Origin: Candidatus Kuenenia stuttgartensis
GTDB taxonomy: Bacteria > Planctomycetota > Planctomycetia > Pirellulales > UBA1268
Length of the DNA stretch: 64,000 bases
Assembly (NCBI GenBank): GCA_945877135.1
Contig: CAMCQY010000003.1
Span: forward strand, 6,506 to 70,505
Reading direction: 5' to 3'
This document shows, piece after piece, positions 57,744 to 64,000 of this stretch. Both the position numbers and the translations under genes were made by a program. The notes under the pieces were generated by a model. That model did no database searches and had not been told where the DNA came from. It worked only from the letters and a program-made list of their open reading frames with translations. Positions within the stretch are counted from its first letter, which is position 1. The number at the start of each line of letters is the position of its first letter.

Positions 57744-59998
57744 CGCTGCTGGCCGCATTCGGGCTGTCGCGACTGAAAATCGACGACGACCTGCGATCGC
57801 TGCTGCGAGACGCCGATGCCGACTTCCGGCTGGTCGATGAGGTGGCTGCCCGGTTCGGCGCCACCGACCGCGATTGCATCATCCGGGCCACCGCCCGCTC
57901 CGGCGACCTGTTCGACGGCCCATCGCTCGCGGCACTGCGTTCGCTCGCCGACAGCCTGGCCGCGATCGATGGCGTGGAGCAGGTGCGGTCGATGTACGAC
58001 ATCCGTCGGCAGGGCGTCGCCGGTGCGGTGCTGCCGGTGATCCCGCATGTCGATGGCCAGCTCACTCCGGAAGATGCTAAAGCCGCCAAGGCCCGCGCCG
58101 TCGGGCATCCCCTGATCGCAGGCCACCTGCTCTCCGCCGACGCCACCTCCAGCCTGCTCATCGCCCGCCTGTCGGCCGCCGCCGACAAGCCGCCCCGACA
58201 AGGCGAGGTGGTGGCCCGCATCGAGAAGCTTCTCGCCGAGGCGCAGGCAGACCGTGGCAACGGCGTGCTGAAGCTCGCCCTCACCGGCCTGCCGGCCCTC
58301 CGCGAGCAGGCGTCGCAGGCGCTTCGCCATGACATGCTGTTCTTCAACTCGCTCGGACTCGGTCTGGCCGTCGTGCTGTCGGCGGTCGTGGCGCGGAGTG
58401 TGCGATCGACGGTCGTCGCCTGCCTGCCGCCCTTCGTCGGTGCGGTGTGGGCGATGGGCATCCTCGGTCTTTTCGGTGTGCCGGTGAACCTGCTCACCAG
58501 CGTGGTGCCGTCGCTGGCGCTCGTGGTGGGCACCTGCGACTCGATTCACTTTATCGAGGACATGCGGCGAAGTGCACGGCGGGGTCTGTCTGGCGCGGCG
58601 GCATCGAGCGGGGCCATCCGACGGGTGGGCGTGGCCTGCGGCCTGACGAGCCTGGTAACGGCGATCGGCTTCGCCTCGCTTGCGGCGGCTCGCATCGATG
58701 CGGTGCGAAACTTTGGCCTGGCGGCCGCCGCCGGCGCCATAGCGAGCTTTCTGGCGGTCACGCTGCTCACCCCCCTGCTCGCCTCCTCACCGGCCTTCAG
58801 CGGCATGCGGCTGGGACGTTCCTCCCGGCATGCCGGCCGTCTGGCGAGCAGCCTCACGGCATTCTCCGTGCGGCATGCGTGGCCGATTGCCACGGTGGGC
58901 TGCATCGCCACGCTCCTGCTGGGGCTCGCAGCCGCGGGGCTCGACGCCGACAACCGCGTGGCCGACAGCCTGCCCCGGGGAGCTTCTGCCTCGCGGACGC
59001 TGGCCAGCGTGGATCGTGAGTTTGGTGGCGTGATGGGGGTCGATGTGGTGGTTCGTTGGCCGGAGGGATTCCGCTGGCTCGACGCCCCGGTGGTCGAGTC
59101 GCTCGGGAAGGTGCACGACGTGCTTGAAAAGTCGGGCGGTGTCACCAGGGCCATTTCGTTGGCGACAGTGGCCGGCACGCTGCCAGAGCGGGCCAAGCAG
59201 CGGCTTGATGCCTCGGAGTTTCGCGATCTGGTGGACGAGGAGGGCCGCATGGCGATCGTGCGGGCCCGCGTGAGCGATCTGGGCTCGCGAACGCTCGAGG
59301 GGGTCTACGACCGCATCGACGAGGGGCTGGCCGCGCTTGCGGCCGACCGACCCAGATGGACGTTTGAACTGGCCGGCATGTCGGTCGTCTCGGCACGCAA
59401 CATCCGGCAATTGGTCCGCGACCTCGGCTCCAGTCTTCTGCTGGAGGTGGCCGTCATCGGTGGCATCCTCGCGTTGGCCTTCCGCTCGCCGCTGGCGGGC
59501 ATCGTGAGCCTGATACCCAACGTCTTTCCGCTCGCGGTGATCGGGGCGCTGCTCGTGGCGCTCGGCAAGTCACTCGATCCAGCCACCGTGATCGTGTTCA
59601 ACGTCTGCCTCGGGCTCGCGGTGGACGACACGGTGCACGTGCTCTCGGCGCTCCAGCGGCAGCGTCGCGAGGGGCTGTCGATCGGCAGCGCCGTTCGCCG
59701 TGCCGTGGCGGAGACGGGCAATGCGGTCGTGCTCGGCGGGATCGTGTTGGTGATCGGGTTTGCGGCGGTGACGGTGAGTTCCGTGCCGGCGCTGGCGGGA
59801 TTCGGGATGCTCGCCTGCGCCGCCGTGGCCGCGGCCACGGTCGCGGAGCTCGTGTTTTTGCCGGCGCTGTTGGTCGTGACCGACGCCTTCGTGCGGCGGC
59901 GGCCGGCGAGACGGCACGACGGCATTTTTGGCAACGAGCCGCTGCCGTGGCCGGCAGTCAACGGCGGCCAGCCAGCCGCGGGCAAGCTAGCCGGCTAG
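57551..59998 (+). CDS. MMPL / RND-superfamily transporter (HpnN-like, 12 TM, two periplasmic loops); start uncertain
   Basis: Two six-helix bundles. The first includes SLGLGLAVVLSAVVA...VPSLALVVGTCDSIHF. The second includes GILALAFRSPLAGIVSLIPNVFPLAVIGAL...GLAVDDTVHV. The only in-frame canonical-type start before TM1 is the GTG at 57551, which overlaps the SET gene by 193 nt. Confidence 0.85.
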   Translation: MAANDSFDQRGRRAADRLLLAGRRGDPVPLRGAGLPGLDRRSGGVAPPAEDRWRFFAAVAVGLLTLLAAFGLSRLKIDDDLRSLLRDADADFRLVDEVAARFGATDRDCIIRATARSGDLFDGPSLAALRSLADSLAAIDGVEQVRSMYDIRRQGVAGAVLPVIPHVDGQLTPEDAKAAKARAVGHPLIAGHLLSADATSSLLIARLSAAADKPPRQGEVVARIEKLLAEAQADRGNGVLKLALTGLPALREQASQALRHDMLFFNSLGLGLAVVLSAVVARSVRSTVVACLPPFVGAVWAMGILGLFGVPVNLLTSVVPSLALVVGTCDSIHFIEDMRRSARRGLSGAAASSGAIRRVGVACGLTSLVTAIGFASLAAARIDAVRNFGLAAAAGAIASFLAVTLLTPLLASSPAFSGMRLGRSSRHAGRLASSLTAFSVRHAWPIATVGCIATLLLGLAAAGLDADNRVADSLPRGASASRTLASVDREFGGVMGVDVVVRWPEGFRWLDAPVVESLGKVHDVLEKSGGVTRAISLATVAGTLPERAKQRLDASEFRDLVDEEGRMAIVRARVSDLGSRTLEGVYDRIDEGLAALAADRPRWTFELAGMSVVSARNIRQLVRDLGSSLLLEVAVIGGILALAFRSPLAGIVSLIPNVFPLAVIGALLVALGKSLDPATVIVFNVCLGLAVDDTVHVLSALQRQRREGLSIGSAVRRAVAETGNAVVLGGIVLVIGFAAVTVSSVPALAGFGMLACAAVAAATVAELVFLPALLVVTDAFVRRRPARRHDGIFGNEPLPWPAVNGGQPAAGKLAG

Positions 59999-60033
59999 AC
60001 CGCATCCAAGATTTCCAGGGTTGAGGTCCGCAA

Positions 60034-60321
60034 CGCGGATTCCTCTCGCTTGCGCTTCGGGCTTGCATGGAAATGAGCCGCACCCGCTCCCATTCAAGCC
60101 CGCAGCGCAAGCAAGGGACCCCGCCATTCAAGCCCGCAGCGCAAGCAAGGGACCCCGCCCATTCAAGCCCGCAGCGCAAGCAAGGGACCCCGCCCATTCA
60201 AGCCCGCAGCGCAAGCAAGGGAATCCGCCCATTCAAGCCCGCAGCGCAAGCAAGGGAATGCGGGTTGCCGTCAGGGGGATGCCACGCGGATTCCTCTCGC
60301 TTGCGCTTCGGGCTTGCATGG
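60034..60321. repeat. Composite repeat array: five abutting 34-35-nt units flanked by two identical 37-nt opposite-orientation copies
   Basis: Flanks: cgcggattcctctcgcttgcgcttcgggcttgcatgg at 60034-60070 and 60285-60321. Units cattcaagcccgcagcgcaagcaaggga(c/a)(c/t)ccgcc start at 60091, 60125, 60160, 60195 and 60230. Confidence 0.95.
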
Positions 60322-60377
60322 GACAAGCCCGCGTCTTCCTGTTGAAAACCCATAATTACGGGAATATGCTTTCCCAT

Positions 60378-60626
60378 ATGAAAACGACCGTTGATATTCA
60401 CGATGAACTTTTCATCGCCGCCAAGAAGAGGGCGGCGGAACTGCGGCAGCCTCTGCGCGAGCTTTTCGAGCGGGGGCTGCGGGCCGAAATCAGCAGGCCA
60501 GCCACTGCGGCGGGCAGATCGAAAGCAGTCAAGCTGACCTGGGTGACGGTCGATGGTGGGCTGCCAGCCGGAGTGGATATCACCGATCGGGCCGCCATGC
60601 ATGACTGGCTGAGCGGGCAGCGATGA
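60378..60626 (+). CDS. vapB: Type II antitoxin, VapB-like (Rv0623/DUF2191-type)
   Basis: MKTTVDIHDELFIAAKKRAAELRQPLRELFERGLR is the typical MRTT.DIDDEL...A N-terminus of this antitoxin family. The stop overlaps the PIN gene start (ATGA at 60623). Local GC is visibly lower. Confidence 0.75.
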   Translation: MKTTVDIHDELFIAAKKRAAELRQPLRELFERGLRAEISRPATAAGRSKAVKLTWVTVDGGLPAGVDITDRAAMHDWLSGQR

Positions 60627-60814
60627 TCGCGATCGACACGAATCTTCTCATCTACGCCCACCGCTCGGGCACCAAAGAGCATCAGGCCGCCCGTGCAGCC
60701 ATCGAACAAGCCGCGAGCATGCGGGATGGGTTTGCAATCACGCTCCCAAGCGACACTGAGTTTTTCAGCATCGTCTGCGGAAAGGATGGATCTGCACTGC
60801 CCGGTGATGGATGA
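60623..60814 (+). pseudogene. vapC: PIN-domain toxin (VapC) truncated after about 50 residues
   Basis: MIAIDTNLLIYAHR (first PIN acidic motif) ..AITLPSDTEFFSIV, then unrelated residues and a stop at 63 aa. Full PIN toxins are about 130 aa and need two or three further acidic residues. Confidence 0.7.
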
Positions 60815-61163
60815 GAACGGCCTGCTCGAGCACGTCGGGAATCAAGCGTTCCCGGCCGCGGATGTCATCGCAGAGCTGGGCAAGGTGCTCTCCGATATGA
60901 GCTGGGTCGCTGCCGAGCGACAGATGAATGTCGCGAATCCTGCCCGCCCACGACCAGACATCGCCAAACATCTCTGCGTGGAGCCGCAGCAGCCATCCGA
61001 AATCGAAGGTCGCAACCTTTCGGGACGGTGCGGCCACGAGGTAACGGATGACCACCCGCCGGACATTCTCCGCCTCGGCTACGGCCAACTGGGTGCGTGT
61101 CCGGATAGACCGTTTCCGCAACCCGTCGAAATCAGCCAGCGGTGTTTCCCCGTCGGCGGTCAT
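60765..61163 (-). pseudogene. Fic/DOC-family toxin truncated inside the Fic motif
   Basis: GETPLADFDGL...LLRLHAEMFGDVWSWAGRIR...IHHRAVQIHPF, then RRRC-stop. The canonical HPFx(D/E)GNGR core is cut after HPF. The pattern resembles 'mobile mystery protein B' type Fic proteins (from memory). Confidence 0.7.
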
Positions 61164-61166
61164 GGG

Positions 61167-61373
61167 TCAGTCTGCCCAAAGGGTCTTGCCGCTCGCAGTC
61201 TGGAGTTCGCAATACGTGCGATCGATCATCGCGTTGATCTGGAGTTGAGAAAGACCCTGTCCCTCGAGCGCCGATGTCGCCTGCACGAGCGATAATGCCC
61301 GCCTGGCCTTCGCACGAGCGGCCCGACGGATCAGCGATTCGGCGAATACGCAACACGGAATACCGTTGCTCAC
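61167..61373 (-). CDS. VbhA/FicA-like antitoxin (inhibitory S-x-x-x-E-G motif)
   Basis: 68 aa. LVQATSALEGQGLS carries the (S/T)xxxE(G/N) inhibition motif of Fic antitoxins. Its stop lies 3 nt upstream of the fic start. Confidence 0.6.
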   Translation of the reverse strand: MSNGIPCCVFAESLIRRAARAKARRALSLVQATSALEGQGLSQLQINAMIDRTYCELQTASGKTLWAD

Positions 61374-61406
61374 GCTGCGGGATCGGATGACCGCCCTATG
61401 CCGGGC

Positions 61407-63029
61407 TTAGCCCTGCGTCGCGGCCATCACTTCGGCGACGGCCTCGACAGCCTGCACGATCTGCTCTTCGCTGTGCTCGCTCGTGATGAAGAACCGCACG
61501 CGGGCGGCACTTTCGCGGACGGCCGGATAAAGAATCGGCCGGGCGTTGATGCCCCGCTCCAAGAGCATCTGCGAGACGAGGATCGCCCGCGACGAACTGC
61601 CCACAATGACCGGAATCACGGGGGTGTCACTGCTCTCGCCAGTGTCGAGATCACAGTCGGCCGCGAGCTTCAGGAAAAGCTCCGACCGTTCCCGCAGCCT
61701 GGTCACCCGCCACGGCTCCCGCTGGATCACCCGCAGGCCCTCGAGCGCCGCAGCGGCGTTCGGCGGCGAACAGGCAGTCGAAAACACGAAGGCTGGCGTT
61801 GTGTAGCCGAGATAGCGAATCAGCCGCTCACCGCCGGCGAGGTAGCCGCCGCCGGCCCCGAGCGCCTTGCTGATCGTGCCCATCCAGAGGTCGCCATCGG
61901 CGGGATCGCAGCCAAAGAAGTCGCAGATGCCGCGGCCTTCGGGGCCCATGGTGCCGAGCGAATGTGCCTCGTCCACATAGAGCAACGCATCGTGACGCTT
62001 CTTCACCTCGATGAACTTCGGCAGGTCGGGGTAGTCGCCGTCCATGCTGTAGACGCCTTCGATCGCCACCACCACCCGCTTGTACTGCGACCGAAGGTCG
62101 CGGAGAAGGCCGTCGAGCTGTTCGGGGTCGTTGTGCCGGAACGAACGCTTGCCGGCCTTCGAGGCACCGGCCCCCTGCATGATGCTGTTGTGGGCCAGTT
62201 CGTCGTAGAGGATCAGGTCGCCGGCACCGAATAGGTGATTAAACAATGAGGCGTTGGTGCCGTAGCCGCAGGGAAACACCACGGCCCGCTCCGTGCCAAG
62301 AAACCTCGCCAGTTCGGCGTCGAGTTCGTCGAGGATCGTGTTGTTGCCACCGACCATGCGGCTGGCCGAGGCGCTGCAGCCAAAGCGGTCGATCGCCTCC
62401 TTGGCGGCCCTCGTCACGTCGGGATGACCGGCCAAACCGAGGTAATCGAAGCTCGTGAAGCTGACGACGTCGCGGCCGCCGACCCGCGCCGTGCGACCAT
62501 GCACCTGCTCGTTGGCCCGTAGGAATGGATTTTCGAGCCCAGCCGCCTCGAGCCCCGCGAGCCGCTCCTCGAGCGCCACGCACTCGGGAAATGCAAAGCG
62601 TTCATCGCCGGCTGCAGCTGCTTTGACAGCCGCGGGCCGGGCCGAGGTTCGTTCTGGAAGTGGTCGTGTCGAACGGCTTGGCAGAACGGTTGGCCCTGCC
62701 GCACGATCCGCCTCGTCGAACATGCGGGCGGCGATGCACTCGATCAGATCCGCGCAGGTGCGGATGCCGTGGAGCCACTCATCGCGAAACCGCATCTGAT
62801 AGCGGCCTTCGACGCGGGTGATGACGTCGAGAAACCGCGCGGTGTCGATGCCGCATCCCGCGAGCGACGATTCCGGAACAAGCGTGCGAATCGTGGCGGT
62901 CGGACTGACCCGGGCGACTTCCTCGAAGACGACCCGCTCGATCGACTCCCGAGAGTGCGACCGCGGACTCATCCGATCGGCGACGACCGCCTCGCCGTAT
63001 GCAACACCAACGCCAGTCATCGTGCCCAT
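61407..63029 (-). CDS. Alpha-oxoamine synthase (KBL/BioF/serine-palmitoyltransferase family) with an N-terminal ACP-like domain
   Basis: GGAGGAGG lies 5-12 nt upstream of the ATG at 63029. AOS motifs: FTSFDYLGL, ASASRMVGG, YVDEAHSLG, GTISKALGAGGGY (PLP Lys), FSTACSP. The N-terminal roughly 90 aa reads LAGCGIDTARFLDVITRVEGRYQMRF (carrier-protein helix II pattern). Confidence 0.9.
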   Translation of the reverse strand: MGTMTGVGVAYGEAVVADRMSPRSHSRESIERVVFEEVARVSPTATIRTLVPESSLAGCGIDTARFLDVITRVEGRYQMRFRDEWLHGIRTCADLIECIAARMFDEADRAAGPTVLPSRSTRPLPERTSARPAAVKAAAAGDERFAFPECVALEERLAGLEAAGLENPFLRANEQVHGRTARVGGRDVVSFTSFDYLGLAGHPDVTRAAKEAIDRFGCSASASRMVGGNNTILDELDAELARFLGTERAVVFPCGYGTNASLFNHLFGAGDLILYDELAHNSIMQGAGASKAGKRSFRHNDPEQLDGLLRDLRSQYKRVVVAIEGVYSMDGDYPDLPKFIEVKKRHDALLYVDEAHSLGTMGPEGRGICDFFGCDPADGDLWMGTISKALGAGGGYLAGGERLIRYLGYTTPAFVFSTACSPPNAAAALEGLRVIQREPWRVTRLRERSELFLKLAADCDLDTGESSDTPVIPVIVGSSSRAILVSQMLLERGINARPILYPAVRESAARVRFFITSEHSEEQIVQAVEAVAEVMAATQG

Positions 63030-63252
63030 GCTGCCTCCTCCCATCGAGTGCTCCCCTCCATGCGAGTAACCGCGAGAGCGACAACGAGTGCAGCGAGTCA
63101 CTGCTGCACGATTCACGAACGCATGCCGGGTTCAATCGGCGACGGCCGAAATTATACTATGCCGCTTTGCTTCTGCGAAACAAATCGAGACCTTGCGGCC
63201 TGCGCAGAGATTTCCAGCTGTTCTCGGCGTTGCCGCGGCCTGCCGGGGGCGG

Positions 63253-64000
63253 TCACACCGCCAGCAGCTTCCGCAGCACGAACGGCAGAATGCCACCCGA
63301 GCGGAACTGGTCAAGCTCGACTGGTGTGTCGATCCGCACCATGCAGGGAATCTCTTTGACTGTGCCGTCAGGCCGCGTGGCCTTCACGATCACAGTCGTC
63401 CGCGGCACGAGGTTCTCAAACGGGATGTCGAAGCTCTCCTCGCCCGTCAGCCCCAGCTGCTGCCACGGCTCCGGCAGCACGAGTGGGAGCACGCCCATGC
63501 CGACCAGGTTCGAGCGATGAATCCGCTCGAAGCTGGTCGCCAGCACCGCGCGGACACCCAGCAGCATCGTTCCCTTGGCCGCCCAGTCGCGTGAGCTGCC
63601 AGTGCCATATTCCGCGCCGGCCAGCACCACCAGCGGCGTGCCCGCCGCCTTGTATTTCACCGCCGCGTCATAGACCGGCATCACGTCCGTGCCGGGCAGG
63701 AGACGCGTCACGCCTCCCTCCGTGCCTGGCACGAGCAGGTTGCGGATGCGGATGTTGGCAAACGTGCCACGGGTCATCACGCGGTCGTTGCCGCGGCGGG
63801 CGCCGTAGCTGTTGAACTCGACCGGCTCGACGCCATGCTCGACCAGATAGTGCCCGGCCGGGCTCGCCTTGGCGATGCTGCCAGCGGGCGAGATGTGGTC
63901 GGTCGTCACGCTGTCACCCAAGGCCAGCAGCACGCGGGCCCCGCGGACGCTCTTGGGCGCGACGGCCTCGCGGGTGAGGTCGGCCAGAAACGGCGGTTCC
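63253..64000 (-). CDS. acnA: Aconitate hydratase A, C-terminal (swivel) domain; 5' part lies beyond the window
   Basis: Carries [61 protein letters not shown] and [17 protein letters not shown]. The frame remains open to position 64000. Confidence 0.9.
   Translation of the reverse strand, partial: EPPFLADLTREAVAPKSVRGARVLLALGDSVTTDHISPAGSIAKASPAGHYLVEHGVEPVEFNSYGARRGNDRVMTRGTFANIRIRNLLVPGTEGGVTRLLPGTDVMPVYDAAVKYKAAGTPLVVLAGAEYGTGSSRDWAAKGTMLLGVRAVLATSFERIHRSNLVGMGVLPLVLPEPWQQLGLTGEESFDIPFENLVPRTTVIVKATRPDGTVKEIPCMVRIDTPVELDQFRSGGILPFVLRKLLAV

Noticed and set aside
57574-58549. Minus-strand ORFs of about 315 aa antisense to the MMPL transporter
   Set aside because: The plus frame shows clear 12-TM RND/MMPL architecture. 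The minus frames are Arg/Ser/Ala-rich shadows.
60091-60264. Possible CRISPR array (regular 35-nt repeats)
   Set aside because: The units abut directly with no spacers. The repeat belongs to a dispersed intergenic family, and no cas genes are in the window.

Overview
GC-rich (about two-thirds G+C by eye, not computed), gene-dense bacterial chromosome segment. Gene content and protein motifs point to Planctomycetota, probably Pirellulales-like. The evidence is LEERRLL / LEPRLAL N-terminal motifs on secreted proteins, PQQ-propeller, TPR and sulfatase-like genes, an MfnB-like gene, and a dispersed CAAGCCCGCAGCGCAAGCAAGGGAA repeat family. This taxonomic call is inference only. I support about 45 protein genes, one tRNA-Ser(CGA), no rRNA, no CRISPR and no transposase or integrase.

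Housekeeping genes include pabB-pabA, rho, glpD-glpK, rnd, a Cys/Met PLP enzyme, a HIT protein, a POT transporter and the acnA 3' end.

The standout locus is a tightly coupled minus-strand operon at 29273-41185. It encodes a 2975-aa PfaA-like type I PKS/fatty-acid megasynthase (KS, KS-like, AT, 3 ACP, an embedded Ntn/C45-hydrolase-like segment, KR, DH). ATGA-overlapped genes follow for a PPTase and a FabL-like enoyl reductase, then a stand-alone thioester reductase. A condensation/WS-DGAT-like acyltransferase and an aryl-sulfotransferase are transcribed divergently, and a Rieske oxygenase lies convergently.

Other notable items:
- a Rho with a Gly/Arg-rich N-terminal tail, close to a 579-aa Arg/Asp/Glu/Gly-rich disordered protein
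- an alpha-oxoamine synthase fused to an ACP-like domain that carries Thr at the phosphopantetheine position
- a decayed toxin-antitoxin patch where a vapC and a fic gene are both truncated and joined tail to tail
- a five-unit tandem array of the dispersed repeat, bracketed by identical 37-nt inverted-orientation copies

Many long ORFs in the track are antisense or off-frame shadows typical of high-GC DNA and are rejected. All family calls come from motif reading by eye. No database search was possible.
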